Source: Deltaproteobacteria bacterium
Lineage (GTDB): Bacteria; Desulfobacterota; Desulfobulbia; Desulfobulbales; SURF-16
Length of the DNA: 64,000 nucleotides
Direction: 5' to 3'
NCBI GenBank assembly: GCA_024277655.1
Contig: JAJRUT010000007.1
Coordinates: 26,209-90,208 of the forward strand
Position 1 is the first letter of the stretch. Each line of letters starts with the position of its first letter. Shown in pieces: positions 1-10,153 of this stretch. Under the pieces are notes generated by a model. The model did no database searches, was not told the origin of the DNA, and saw only the letters and a program-made list of their open reading frames with translations. A program made the position numbers and the translations under genes.

Positions 1-752
1 AGGAGCACGCCCTCCTCTTTGGCAGCTTTAATCTGGGCGGTATAAAAGGCACGCAAGTGGCGGACATTCATCACCGAGGCATCAATCACCTCACCGGCAA
101 GGAGTGTAATGGCAGGATTAAGTACGGTGGTCGTACCATCATCCGCCACACATTCAATCCTCACCTCACAGGGTGCATCCACGGTGGCGGATTTCTCACT
201 GCCATAAAAATCGCCCTCGCTCATATGACTCACACGGCATTTTGACACCTCCGGCCAGGGCTTCATCATCCGGTGCGGTTTTTTCTGACCAAACTTCTTA
301 ACCGACGCCGCTGCCCTGCGATCAGAATTCCCCTCGCGAAGTACCGGATTTACCGCACTGCCCAAAACCTTGGCATAACGTTGGTGCAACTCTTTTTCTT
401 CAGCAGTTTGTGGTTCTGCTGGATAATCGGGAATATTATATCCCTTACCCTGAAGCTCCTTGATGGCTGCAGTTAGTTGGGGAATTGAGGCGCTGATATT
501 AGGCAGTTTAATGATATTCGTAGCAGGTTCCTTAGCACGTTTGCCAAGCTCAGCCAAATCATCGGCAATCCGTTGTTCGGGGGAAAGATTTTCCGGAAAA
601 TTGGCAATAATACGACCAGCAAGGGAGATATCTTTTTCAATCAAAGAAAATCCGCTTTCGCCTGTAAAGGCTTGCAAAATAGGCAATAACGAGTAAGACG
701 CAAGGGCTGGGGCCTCATCTACCTTGGTATAAATAATTTCTTGAGATGGCAT
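1..752 (-). CDS. icd: NADP-dependent isocitrate dehydrogenase, monomeric type (N-terminal ~250 aa; the rest lies beyond the window edge)
   Basis: Absent from the ORF track because it runs off the window. My translation from the ATG at 752-750 reads MPSQEIIYTKVDEAPALASYSLLPILQAFTGESG...KLPNISASIPQL...NPVLREGNSDRR. This matches the conserved N-terminus of monomeric IDH. A GAGGA Shine-Dalgarno lies 6 nt upstream. Confidence 0.85.
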   Translation of the reverse strand, partial: MPSQEIIYTKVDEAPALASYSLLPILQAFTGESGFSLIEKDISLAGRIIANFPENLSPEQRIADDLAELGKRAKEPATNIIKLPNISASIPQLTAAIKELQGKGYNIPDYPAEPQTAEEKELHQRYAKVLGSAVNPVLREGNSDRRAAASVKKFGQKKPHRMMKPWPEVSKCRVSHMSEGDFYGSEKSATVDAPCEVRIECVADDGTTTVLNPAITLLAGEVIDASVMNVRHLRAFYTAQIKAAKEEGVL

Positions 753-832
753 AAAATATCCTCATATTTTTTTAATATATATGGTTAAGAAAGCGCTATC
801 ATAAACGATTTATCATTGCAAAGCCATATAAC

Positions 833-872
833 AAAAAAGGGGCAATCTGTATTCACAGATTGCCCCTTTTTT
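833..872. terminator. Bidirectional rho-independent terminator between dnaA and icd
   Basis: Perfect 12-bp stem GGGGCAATCTGT (839-850) / ACAGATTGCCCC (855-866) with a 4-nt loop. It is flanked by A6 on the left and T6 on the right. Confidence 0.8.
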
Positions 873-920
873 AAATTTCAGCACTCAGACCTCAGTATTG
901 TCGGCTAAGAATGACTCAAC

Positions 921-2249
921 CTATAAAAACTTTTTCTCAAGCTTATCAGAAAGTAATTCTATCTGGCCCCGAACAGAACCATCACGGACAATCTTCTCCG
1001 TAATTTTCCGCACGGCGTGAACCACCGTTGAATGGTCACGATTAACCGCCTGACCAATTGCCGAGAGGGGAAGTTCAGTATGTTTCCGAGCCAGATACAT
1101 ACACACCTGCCTCGGAAACGCCACCAGACGTTTCCGGGATTTTGACTGCAAGTCGTTGATGGTCACCTGAAATTGACCGGCGACAAAATCACGAATCATT
1201 TCGGCCGACATCTGCCGGTGCTGACCAATCACGGCCTGCAAAGCTTCCTTAACCATGCCTAGGTCGGGTTTCACCTTAAAAAGAGCAGCCTGAGCCTTAA
1301 GACTCACTACAACGGACTCCATCTTGCGAACATCACCCTTAACATTCTCCGCCAGATACTCAGCAATATCGGAAGGGAGGCAAAGACCATGGATGGTGGC
1401 CTTACGACGAATAATACGGAGCCTTGTTTCAAGCCCTGGAGGATTGATTGTTGTAATCAAGCCATAGGTAAGTCGGGAACGTAAACCCTCATCAAGGTCA
1501 GCAATATCACAGGGCGCCTTCGACGAGGTTAGGATTATCCGTTTACCACTTTCCATCAGGACATCCAGTGTTTCCGCAAGCTCTGACTGGGTCTTTACCC
1601 GGCCAGACAGGGTGTGGACATCTTCAATGAGAAGGACATCGCATTGCTTTTGATATTTGCGTTTAAAATTCATCATGGTGTTGGCCTTAATCTCCTTCAC
1701 CATTTCCGCCGTAAGCTGTTGAGCTGTTAGGTAATGGAGACGGGTCTGGGGATGTTCATTGACAATATGATGAGCCACAGCATGGGTCAAGTGACTTTTA
1801 CCAAGACCAGTACCAGCATTCACATAGACAATATTACCCAGATCTACCCGGTCATCAGCAATGGCGGAACAGGCTGAATGGGCCAGCATGTTCGAACCAC
1901 CAACCATGAACTCATCAAAGGTGTAGCGAGGATTTAGGGTTTTGGTAAACTGGCGGACAACAGGCATAGTGGGCAGACGCATCTGCGCCTCTTCGGGGGG
2001 CGGCTCAGGCAAAGGCTTACCAGAAGTCCTAAACTGCACCTCCATTCCGTGGACACCAGACTGAGCCAGACACTGCTCGATGGCAGCGAGGTATTTTTCC
2101 TTCACACAGCCACAAAAAAAACTATCCGGCCCCGTTAGCAACAAAGTTTTATCGTCAACAGTTTCTCCTGTTAGCGGAGAGATCCACAGGGAATAGGCGT
2201 TTGCACCTATTTTCGCAGAAAGATTAGTTTGAATTGACTGCCACGTCAT
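921..2249 (-). CDS. dnaA: Chromosomal replication initiator protein DnaA
   Basis: 442 aa. Walker A GTGLGKSHL, AAA+ core and a C-terminal DNA-binding helix (LPLSAIGQAVNRDHSTVVHA), typical of DnaA. Confidence 0.97.
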   Translation of the reverse strand: MTWQSIQTNLSAKIGANAYSLWISPLTGETVDDKTLLLTGPDSFFCGCVKEKYLAAIEQCLAQSGVHGMEVQFRTSGKPLPEPPPEEAQMRLPTMPVVRQFTKTLNPRYTFDEFMVGGSNMLAHSACSAIADDRVDLGNIVYVNAGTGLGKSHLTHAVAHHIVNEHPQTRLHYLTAQQLTAEMVKEIKANTMMNFKRKYQKQCDVLLIEDVHTLSGRVKTQSELAETLDVLMESGKRIILTSSKAPCDIADLDEGLRSRLTYGLITTINPPGLETRLRIIRRKATIHGLCLPSDIAEYLAENVKGDVRKMESVVVSLKAQAALFKVKPDLGMVKEALQAVIGQHRQMSAEMIRDFVAGQFQVTINDLQSKSRKRLVAFPRQVCMYLARKHTELPLSAIGQAVNRDHSTVVHAVRKITEKIVRDGSVRGQIELLSDKLEKKFL

Positions 2250-2422
2250 AGAAAACTCGTTATTTAAAGGAGAGTAGAAAGAACCCCGAACGGTTCGCTC
2301 TGATGCCGTTTTTTATAGTAAATCCATGACCCAGTGTCAAAGGCGATAGCACGGAAAATTTACAAAAATTTAACAAAGTTTTCAACACCCTGTAAACCCT
2401 TGCCCCAAGGGGATTTTATTTT

Positions 2423-2431
2423 TTATCCACG
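2423..2431 (+). promoter_or_regulatory. DnaA-box-like site TTATCCACG (8/9 match to TTATCCACA)
   Basis: It is the only good DnaA-box match I found in the 579-bp dnaA upstream spacer. Confidence 0.4.
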
Positions 2432-2828
2432 CAAAAACAGGGTGAAATAAAGGCTTTTAACGACCTCAACAAAAAGAACGTGTTTAGAGTGTGTTAGCCT
2501 AAAACAAGCCACCTGCCTAACGATTTAACGAAAAGCTAAATCTTTTTTTTACTCCCCCATCCTCTATTTTTCTCGCGCTTACTCTAAATTACGTTAAAGT
2601 GTGTTCAAAAAAAAGAATCTCTCCAGGCAGGACACACCTAAATACAGGAGTCACGTGACTTTCCGACTTTTACCGCAAAAGGAATCTTGGTCTCAAAAAA
2701 AATTATCTTTTTTACTTTTTTTCTGCCAAAACAAGAAGACCATTGCAAGCCAAAATGGTACTCATTATTAATTAGGTAAAATCTCCCTATTCCAAGTAAA
2801 ATAACACCCAACCAGATCTAACAATATT

Positions 2829-3710
2829 ATGGATATCCATCACCTCAAAATATTCATCGCAGTTCATCGTAATAGCAGTTTTTCAAAGGCCTCCCAGGAA
2901 CTGCATATCAGTCAGCCTACTATTAGTGAACATATTAAAAATCTTGAGAATGAACTAAACTGCACCCTCTTTGACCGTCTTGGCCGATCTATTCTCCCCA
3001 CAGCAGCAGCAGGGATACTTCTGCCCCATGCCCTGCAGGTTGTTGACGAGTTAAACAAACTAAAGGACGCCGTCTATAAGGATAACAACCAGATCAACGG
3101 GGAACTCATCATCAGCGCCTCCACCATCCCAGGCACCTATCTCCTACCCAGACTCGCCGCCACATTTAAAAAAAAGCACCCACACACGCGTTTTCAAATT
3201 CTTATTAATGATACAGGGGAGTCCATAACCAGGGTCCTAAGTCACGAGACACATCTTGCCGTAACAGGCGGAACCACTAAAAATTCAGCCCTCAACGAAA
3301 CCGTTTTTTTTGAGGACAAACTTATCTGTGTAATCAGTCGTAATCTGCCCAAATCCGACCAGAAAGATCTTGCCTCTATACCCGTCCTTCTCAGAGAAAA
3401 AGGCTCAGGAACCAGGCAGACCATGGAAGAAATTTTAGCCCAGGCCCATATCCCCCTTAAAGAAAAGAATATAGCTGCAATTCTAGGGTCCACCGCTGCC
3501 ATTAAAGAGGCTTTGCTGGCAGGGCTTGGCTTCTCCATCATCTCCAGTATGGCGGTGAAAGGAGAATTGACAACGGGGCAGTTGCACCAGATACCACTAG
3601 ACGTGGCCTGTATGACGAGACCCCTTGTTTTTATTAGCCATAAAAAACGTACCCTTCCCCATCATTATCAGGCTTTTATGGATATGGTTACGGAAGAACT
3701 TGCCAGGTAG
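2829..3710 (+). CDS. LysR-family transcriptional regulator
   Basis: N-terminal wHTH (MDIHHLKIFIAVHRNSSFSKASQELHISQPTISEHIKNLENEL) followed by a LysR substrate-binding domain; 293 aa. Confidence 0.9.
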   Translation: MDIHHLKIFIAVHRNSSFSKASQELHISQPTISEHIKNLENELNCTLFDRLGRSILPTAAAGILLPHALQVVDELNKLKDAVYKDNNQINGELIISASTIPGTYLLPRLAATFKKKHPHTRFQILINDTGESITRVLSHETHLAVTGGTTKNSALNETVFFEDKLICVISRNLPKSDQKDLASIPVLLREKGSGTRQTMEEILAQAHIPLKEKNIAAILGSTAAIKEALLAGLGFSIISSMAVKGELTTGQLHQIPLDVACMTRPLVFISHKKRTLPHHYQAFMDMVTEELAR

Positions 3711-3713
3711 AGC

Positions 3714-4088
3714 TTAAGGTACGGCGCAGTGAACCCGCAACAACTTATCCTTTTGGAGAATATGATCAAAGCTGTACCAGGCAATGGAAACGACTTTATT
3801 ATGCTCGAAAGCAACTTCATAATAGCCTGTTTTTTTCTGCTTTAAGGTGTTCGTCCAGGCCGACTGCGGGGAACAAACAAGCCTCAACCAATCATCCCCC
3901 ATGGTGTATTGCTCTTCAAAACCAGACAAGTTATTTGCCACATCATAGATGGAATCACCGAGATCAATGACAATGGGAGCTTTCTCCCCGCCAGTAAAAG
4001 AGGATATCGACGAAAGTGCCAAGATAACAATCCCGGTGATGAGAATAATTTTATTATTGCGACTGCGGAGAACACTGGTATCTCGCAT
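3714..4088 (-). CDS. Hypothetical membrane-anchored small protein
   Basis: 124 aa with an N-terminal hydrophobic anchor (IILITGIVILALSSISS) and an AGGGAAAAG SD-like sequence upstream. I recognise no family. Confidence 0.5.
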   Translation of the reverse strand: MRDTSVLRSRNNKIILITGIVILALSSISSFTGGEKAPIVIDLGDSIYDVANNLSGFEEQYTMGDDWLRLVCSPQSAWTNTLKQKKTGYYEVAFEHNKVVSIAWYSFDHILQKDKLLRVHCAVP

Positions 4089-4217
4089 ATTTTTCTTTTC
4101 CCTTGTAAACTGTATATCATAAACATAGGCTCTTACTCTCAGTAGTATCCGGGCACTACTGCCCTATTTTATACCAAATTACCAACGTTCTTCACCCACA
4201 AAATAATAACTCCACCC

Positions 4218-5294
4218 ATGAACCAAAACATACTAACCATTGCCAAAATTTTCTCACACCACACGATCATTTCTGCCACCCCTTTGGGTAACGGCAATAT
4301 CAACGACACCTACCTCGTTCTCGATGCCCAAGGCCCTTTTATCCTCCAGCGCCTTAATAGCAAGGTCTTCCCTGCCCCCAAGTTAATTCTTGCCAACCAG
4401 AGGCTCCTGCAAAAACTTCTCGCATCCCAACCCAAGAAAGACGCGACCTTCCGGATCCCAAATCTTATCCTAACCCGCCACGGCCATAGCCACCACCAGG
4501 ATGCCAACGCCCACTACTGGCGAGCCCTGGAGTTTATTACCCAAAGTAAGGAGATCAAGGAGCTCCAGGAATACCAGGCCGAATCGGTTGGCAGAATCCT
4601 TGGCCGCTTTCACCGTCTTGGGGAGGATACATCCTGTCGAAACTTCCATACCATCCTACCAGGACTCCATACCACAGGGGCCTATCTCCGACAGTATACG
4701 TCCCAGACCAACACCCCACAGGATGCGCCCCAGGACCTACTAAGTTTTTGCCGGGACTGCATCAACCATCATCAACACAAAGCCAGCCTTATTGCCAGCA
4801 AACTCCAGCACCACCTCCGCACTAAATGGCTCACCCATGGTGACCCCAAACTTGCCAATATTCTCTTTGACAAAACCTCAGGCCTAGCCTGTAGCCTCAT
4901 TGACCTTGACACCATTGGCCCTGGCCTCATCCAGCATGACCTCTCCGATCTTATTCGTTCCTGTTGCAATCAGGCTGGTGAAGACAGCCCTAAGGCCACC
5001 ATTCATTTCAACCAGACCCTGGCCCAAAAGATTATCACCGGTTACTCCGCCGTAATGTCCCCCCTGCTCTCAGAGGATGAGATAACCCTCCTGGGAAGAT
5101 CCCTGTGGCTCATGTCCTTTGAACTCGGTGTCCGCTTCCTGACTGATTACCTCCAAGGCTCAACCTACTTTAAGACCAGTTTTCCCCATCATAACCTCAC
5201 TAGGGCCCACAACCAGTTCCAGCTTACAGAACAAATTATAGAGGCTCAGCCCGCCCTCGAAGAATATCTTTGCAACTGCTTTCCCTCTCATTAA
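4218..5294 (+). CDS. NahK-like N-acetylhexosamine 1-kinase / APH-fold phosphotransferase
   Basis: 358 aa. Motifs GNGNINDTYLV, FILQRLNSKVFP, LTHGDPKLANILFD, LIDLDTIGPG and RFLTDYLQGSTYFKTSFPHHNLTRA parallel the remembered Bifidobacterium NahK sequence. Confidence 0.75.
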   Translation: MNQNILTIAKIFSHHTIISATPLGNGNINDTYLVLDAQGPFILQRLNSKVFPAPKLILANQRLLQKLLASQPKKDATFRIPNLILTRHGHSHHQDANAHYWRALEFITQSKEIKELQEYQAESVGRILGRFHRLGEDTSCRNFHTILPGLHTTGAYLRQYTSQTNTPQDAPQDLLSFCRDCINHHQHKASLIASKLQHHLRTKWLTHGDPKLANILFDKTSGLACSLIDLDTIGPGLIQHDLSDLIRSCCNQAGEDSPKATIHFNQTLAQKIITGYSAVMSPLLSEDEITLLGRSLWLMSFELGVRFLTDYLQGSTYFKTSFPHHNLTRAHNQFQLTEQIIEAQPALEEYLCNCFPSH

Positions 5295-5422
5295 GACAAA
5301 AAAAACTACCCCATCTTTTCTGCTTTACTCTCTTTTTTTAATCTGCCTATACTATTGAGGGTGCACAAAAAACCTCTGCCCAATAACCATAATACTTTTC
5401 CCTTTCACCTAGGCTCCTCACC

Positions 5423-7135
5423 ATGAATCTCAAAACACGTATTACCATAACCCTGAGTGTCACCCTTGCCCTGGCAATTATCTTGGGGGGCGTGGCTTTT
5501 GCCCAAGGCAACAATCTCGGTGTGCTCATTGCCCTTGTAGCTCTGGCTTCACAAATCACAGCCTTTCTGACAGCCAAATCAATCCTCACCCCCCTTGTCC
5601 TGGCAGCTAGCCACTTAACGGCATTAAAAGAGGGGGACCTCACAACCACCATAGACTCAGCCAATAATACCGAGACAGGACAATTTACCACGGGCCTAAA
5701 GGAGATCCAGAGCTCTTGGAGGAGGGTAGTTGGTGACTTTTCAGAAAACAGCGCCGATATCAACCAGGCCGCCCGGGAACTCACGGAGGTTGCCGGTGAG
5801 ATGCTCACGGGGTCCACTCACATGCGTGATAAAGCCGCCCATGTGGCCAATGCCACCGAGGTGATGAGCCGCAACATGACCGCTGTGTCCGCCGCCTCTG
5901 AAGAGCTTAGCACCAATATGAAAATGGTCTCCGACAATGCCGCCATGTCATCAGAGAATATGCATACCGTTGCCTCGGCAACCCAGGAGATGAACGACAC
6001 GGTTAATGAAATTGCCAGATCAGCAGAACAGGCCAGAAGTGTCACAGAAAATGCGGTAATCTCAGCCCAAAATGCTTCAGCACAGGTGGATGAACTTGGT
6101 ATTGCAGCAGGTGAGATCAATAAGGTTATTTCGGTTATTAACGAGATTGCCGATCAGACCAAGCTCCTGGCCCTTAATGCCACCATTGAAGCAGCTCGGG
6201 CCGGGGAAGCCGGTAAAGGATTTGCTGTTGTCGCTAATGAGGTGAAGGATCTAGCGGCGCAAACCAATCAAGCCACAGTTGAAATCGGCAGTAAAATCTC
6301 CACCATGCAGAATTCAACCCAATCAACCATCACTGAAATCAACTCCATCAGTAATGTTATTAATGATATGAACGAGCTGGTAAACTCCATTGCTACCGCC
6401 GTGGAAGAACAATCGGTAACCACCCGGGATATCACAGATAACATTGGTGCTGCCTCAGAAGGAATTGAAGAGATGACCAAGGCTGTGGGTGAGGCGGCCT
6501 ACGCCGTCCAGGAGGTGAATGAAAATATCACTGAAGCGGCAAACTCGGCGGTCCAGGTGGCAAGTGATATCAATATGGTGAATAAGGAGAGTAATAATAT
6601 CCGCGACATTGCCTCCCAGGTAAGTGCCAGTGCCGGAGAACTAACCTCCATCGGCCTTGACTTGCAAACCTCAATGTCGGGATTCAAACTCCCCCAAAAC
6701 CTTCTTCACAAGAGAACCGGGCCACGACCACTAATCAAATTTAACGCCCAGCTTGACACCTATATTGAACCAATGAATGATCAGCACATTATCATCTTCG
6801 ACTATATGAATAAGATCCATTTTGCCCTAAAGGATCGGAAAGGCCAGGACGTTATCCTGCCAATCCTTATAAGCCTCACCGATTATACCACTGAACATTT
6901 TGCCAACGAAGAACGGTGGATGGCATCCATAGATTATCCAGGGCTTGGCAACCAGAAGAAGCTACACACCATTCTTCTTAAAAAACTTGGTAATATCATT
7001 AAACAGATGGAACAGGGTGAGGAGGTTAACCTGATTGAGGTGATGAACTTCCTCAAGAAATGGCTGGAAGAGCACATTGTTGGTACGGACAAGAAGTACG
7101 GAGAATTTTGTAACGACCGGGGAGGCTGCGATTAA
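5423..7135 (+). CDS. Methyl-accepting chemotaxis protein with a C-terminal hemerythrin-like domain (DcrH-like)
   Basis: Two N-terminal TM segments, a HAMP-like region, the MCP signalling hairpin ([35 protein letters not shown]) and a C-terminal H..H...E...H...D hemerythrin pattern (HIIIFDYMN...[10 protein letters not shown]...[13 protein letters not shown]). Confidence 0.9.
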   Translation: MNLKTRITITLSVTLALAIILGGVAFAQGNNLGVLIALVALASQITAFLTAKSILTPLVLAASHLTALKEGDLTTTIDSANNTETGQFTTGLKEIQSSWRRVVGDFSENSADINQAARELTEVAGEMLTGSTHMRDKAAHVANATEVMSRNMTAVSAASEELSTNMKMVSDNAAMSSENMHTVASATQEMNDTVNEIARSAEQARSVTENAVISAQNASAQVDELGIAAGEINKVISVINEIADQTKLLALNATIEAARAGEAGKGFAVVANEVKDLAAQTNQATVEIGSKISTMQNSTQSTITEINSISNVINDMNELVNSIATAVEEQSVTTRDITDNIGAASEGIEEMTKAVGEAAYAVQEVNENITEAANSAVQVASDINMVNKESNNIRDIASQVSASAGELTSIGLDLQTSMSGFKLPQNLLHKRTGPRPLIKFNAQLDTYIEPMNDQHIIIFDYMNKIHFALKDRKGQDVILPILISLTDYTTEHFANEERWMASIDYPGLGNQKKLHTILLKKLGNIIKQMEQGEEVNLIEVMNFLKKWLEEHIVGTDKKYGEFCNDRGGCD

Positions 7136-7611
7136 AAGAGACCTTGCGTTCACGACCAGCGCAACTCACTCCAATATGGAGTCTTAAACACGACCCTATA
7201 TCCCCCCTTGAGACAACGGCAAACCAGCACCTTCCATGTCTGTACCGGATAGAAGATATAGCCTAGGGTAAATGTGGCCCCCTATGACCAGCAAAACATC
7301 AATATAATCATCATATTGGATCTATAAGGCCCAATATAAACCAAACCCACAACTAACAGCCCTCGCCACCTGACACCCTGGATTCGCACATATTTCACCA
7401 GAACCAGCCCACCCATCGGTACAAAAAGGCCATGCGCCGATAACAATTACTACTAGCAACAAGATAACTTTTAATGTAGTTTACATTTTAACCTTAAATT
7501 AACCGTAGTTTAGCATCGCCGCGCTAACCTGCCCAGGCCGGTAAAAAAATGCCAGCCCCTTTAAACTAGATACAAAGATCAGTGAAAACTGATTCGCAGC
7601 GAGAATAGACC

Positions 7612-9864
7612 ATGAACAAAAAAAAAACAGCTAATCAAAAGATTCTCTTCCTCGGCTCAAATGTCAAAATAAGAAATCTCCCCATCAAGGAAGTAAGCCT
7701 GATAGAGGAGGGAAGTCTGCCCGCCTACGGGTACAATCCCGGCGACTTCGTTGAACTCATGGCCGGCAAGGTAGCAGTGGAAACAGGACGGCTGGATCAG
7801 TGTATCACCTGGCTTGCCGGCAATCTGACCGAAGAAAACCTGACTCCACACATTTCCACCATTACCTACGGTGAGCAAAAGGATATTTTTCAGATTTTCA
7901 GAAGATACGCAAAAGCCAATATAGAAAAGGATCATGGCTGGTTTATGGTACATCAGATCCTGCCCTTTGCCGGACGGGGTGAGGGGTGTGAGGACTTTAA
8001 AATCACCGCAGAAAATAAAAAATTAGTCAAGGACCAGGATGGTATCCTGGTGATTGACGACGGTGGCCAGCCCCCTCAGGTCGCTGCAGAGTTAAAAAAG
8101 CTCAGCCCCGACGCCTGGGTTATCGGCATGGGGATATCTGTTGCCCACTGGGCCAACTGGGCCGATAATTTCAAAGAAAACTTTATACTCTTCGGTCGTC
8201 TTTCCGACCTTGAAACCACCCGGATGGAAATGGACAGTTCAGTTATCTGGGAGTCCATCGTGGCGATGATTTTGCGCTCCCTGCGCTCATCGGAGGTCGG
8301 CCTGTGGAACAGTAAAAAACAACGCTTTAAATGCACTATTATTATAGAAATGTTCCCCCACGGAATCCTCTATATCTGCCCTGAACATGTCTACTTCAGA
8401 CATCGCCCTGGAAGTCTGCCAGAGAAAAGTTCACCCCGCCAGAAAGGCTCCGTTCCCGCCTACGATACCCTTGTGACATCCATGCTGGCCCTGGAGTTTC
8501 TGCGCGACCAGCAAGTAGGTAGCCGTTGCCACGTCCAGACCTTTACCAAAAAGGTTCTAAAAAACTGGAACTGGCTGTATGAGCATGGTTATTTTTTCAC
8601 CGACACCCTGGAGTTTCCCCTGCTGGATTTCTCCTCAGATTTTGCCCTTGAGTGTGAAGAACAGCCAAACCCCAAGATTGACCCATTTTTTATTACCCTA
8701 CCAAGCTTCTCACCCCAATTTGACAATGTTCTGGAAAAGGTCGCAAGTCAGGTGTGGGATGAGGATAAACAGAGTGGCTTGCGGACATTCTTTGATCAGG
8801 ACACCCATGCCCCAGGAACAACTACCCACTCTGCCCATGGCTATATGGATATCATTCTCGAGGTCATCCATAGCCTACAAGAAGAGGTGAGTATAAAAAC
8901 AGGATTTGAACAGTATCGAATGTTTAACATCGGTCATTTACGCACCACCGACCCCGCCGAGATCGGTCCGATCCTTACCCTGCAATCAGTTATGGAATCA
9001 TACGTCTCAAAGGAGAACTACCAGCGCCCCCTTTGTCTTGGCGTCTTTGGCCCGCCGGGGTCAGGTAAATCATTTTCGGTTAAAGAGGTCGCTCGGGTTA
9101 TTGGGGATAAATTCAGAGAGAACCCCTTTGATTTTTTTGAATTTAACCTAACCCAGTTTGCCTCACCAGATGAGATCAATTCATCCATTGATCTTATCCG
9201 CGCCTCGGTGGCCCGGGGCAAGGTGCCTATTACCTTCTGGGATGAATTTGACTGCCGTTATGATGGTCACGAATTCGGCTATCTACGTTATTTTCTACCC
9301 TCCATGCAGGATGGGGTCACCTACGTCCACGGTACACCCTATTACATCGGGCGCTCAATCTTTGTCTTTGCCGGTGGAGTCAAGTCCAATTACGCCGGTA
9401 TGGAGGCATTACTCACCACCGATGACATGGCAGCCCTGCAACTCACCAGAACTTTGAAAATCCCCGATTTCATGAGCCGTCTAAGGGTCGTCCTTGATAT
9501 TGACGGGATTGAAATACCTGAGCATCTACTCCGGGATTCTGCCACCAAAGAGGAGCTTGACAAACTGAAAAGAATTCTGATTAAACGCGCCTTTATCATT
9601 GCCCACCAGATGGATACCCACTGGCGAAAGGCGGCCAGAAAGACCTCCGGCCTGCTTCTGCGTCTGCTCCTTGCCAACTACAAGTTTGGAGCCCGCTCCA
9701 TTGAGGCGGTTATTGAGGCCAGTCGCGCGGCAGATCGCCTGGTTTACGGCCTGCCCGAGCTGATCGGCCCATCAGGCGCCAGAATCCATGCCGAGTGGCG
9801 AGTAGATCTTGAGCGACGTATTGACCAGATCCGCAAGCAACAGGGCATGCGCTCGGTATGGTAA
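7612..9864 (+). CDS. Large orphan protein: uncharacterised N-terminal ~470 aa plus a C-terminal classical AAA ATPase domain
   Basis: 750-aa ORF. Walker A GVFGPPGSGKSF, Walker B ITFWDEFD and a sensor-like region VFVFAGG..PDFMSRLR. I do not recognise the N-terminal part. Confidence 0.75.
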   Translation: MNKKKTANQKILFLGSNVKIRNLPIKEVSLIEEGSLPAYGYNPGDFVELMAGKVAVETGRLDQCITWLAGNLTEENLTPHISTITYGEQKDIFQIFRRYAKANIEKDHGWFMVHQILPFAGRGEGCEDFKITAENKKLVKDQDGILVIDDGGQPPQVAAELKKLSPDAWVIGMGISVAHWANWADNFKENFILFGRLSDLETTRMEMDSSVIWESIVAMILRSLRSSEVGLWNSKKQRFKCTIIIEMFPHGILYICPEHVYFRHRPGSLPEKSSPRQKGSVPAYDTLVTSMLALEFLRDQQVGSRCHVQTFTKKVLKNWNWLYEHGYFFTDTLEFPLLDFSSDFALECEEQPNPKIDPFFITLPSFSPQFDNVLEKVASQVWDEDKQSGLRTFFDQDTHAPGTTTHSAHGYMDIILEVIHSLQEEVSIKTGFEQYRMFNIGHLRTTDPAEIGPILTLQSVMESYVSKENYQRPLCLGVFGPPGSGKSFSVKEVARVIGDKFRENPFDFFEFNLTQFASPDEINSSIDLIRASVARGKVPITFWDEFDCRYDGHEFGYLRYFLPSMQDGVTYVHGTPYYIGRSIFVFAGGVKSNYAGMEALLTTDDMAALQLTRTLKIPDFMSRLRVVLDIDGIEIPEHLLRDSATKEELDKLKRILIKRAFIIAHQMDTHWRKAARKTSGLLLRLLLANYKFGARSIEAVIEASRAADRLVYGLPELIGPSGARIHAEWRVDLERRIDQIRKQQGMRSVW

Positions 9865-9961
9865 AACAAGACCTGAGGTCTGAAGGGTAAAGGGTATAGA
9901 GACACGACAACACCTATTCTTGACCACTTACCCCTTCCCCCCAGCCTTTACAAAAAACCAC

Positions 9962-9990
9962 TTGCGGAGGATCACCCTTTGCGGTATAAA
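9962..9990 (+). promoter_or_regulatory. Candidate sigma-70 promoter for tRNA-Arg (TTGCGG-17 nt-TATAAA)
   Basis: The -10 hexamer ends 13 nt before the mature tRNA 5' end. Confidence 0.45.
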
Positions 9991-10003
9991 CATCTCTTCT
10001 TAT

Positions 10004-10080
10004 GCACCTGTAGCTCATCTGGATAGAGTACTTGGCTACGAACCAAGGGGTAGCAGGTTCGAATCCTGCCAGGTGCACCA
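10004..10080 (+). tRNA. tRNA-Arg (anticodon ACG), CCA encoded
   Basis: Hand-folded cloverleaf. Acceptor GCACCTG/CAGGTGC, anticodon stem CTTGG/CCAAG with loop CTACGAA, T-arm GCAGG-TTCGAAT-CCTGC; 77 nt. Confidence 0.93.
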
Positions 10081-10088
10081 TGAATAGC

Positions 10089-10128
10089 AAAAGCCCATGC
10101 TTCATTATTGAAGCATGGGCTTTTTTTT
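10089..10128. terminator. Rho-independent terminator after tRNA-Arg, probably shared with the convergent hemerythrin gene
   Basis: Perfect 16-bp stem AAAAGCCCATGCTTCA / TGAAGCATGGGCTTTT with a 4-nt loop, followed by a T-run. Confidence 0.85.
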
Positions 10129-10153
10129 ATGTTCAATGGTCTATCTAGTAAAA

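Noticed and set aside
57-696. Three plus-strand ORFs (62-78 aa) at the window start
   Set aside because: They lie antisense to the clearly recognisable partial icd gene (1-752, minus strand) and have no SD or family resemblance.
5347-5817. 156-aa minus-strand ORF overlapping the MCP start
   Set aside because: It is antisense to the N-terminal TM/HAMP region of a well-supported MCP gene.
7436-7443. GCCGATAA, an exact match to the sigma-28 -10 element, about 170 nt upstream of the 750-aa gene
   Set aside because: There is no TAAA(GTTT) -35 element at the required spacing. An 8-mer alone is weak evidence.
7612-10080. Genomic-island interpretation of the AAA gene at tRNA-Arg
   Set aside because: I could find no integrase, no repeat of the tRNA 3' end and no evident composition shift. 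It is kept only as a weak possibility within the corresponding finding.
9914-10105. 63-aa minus-strand ORF, and the 64-aa plus-strand ORF at 10108-10302
   Set aside because: The first is a translation across tRNA-Arg (FEPATPWF is the typical tRNA-shadow peptide). The second overlaps the terminator and the 3' end of the hemerythrin gene.
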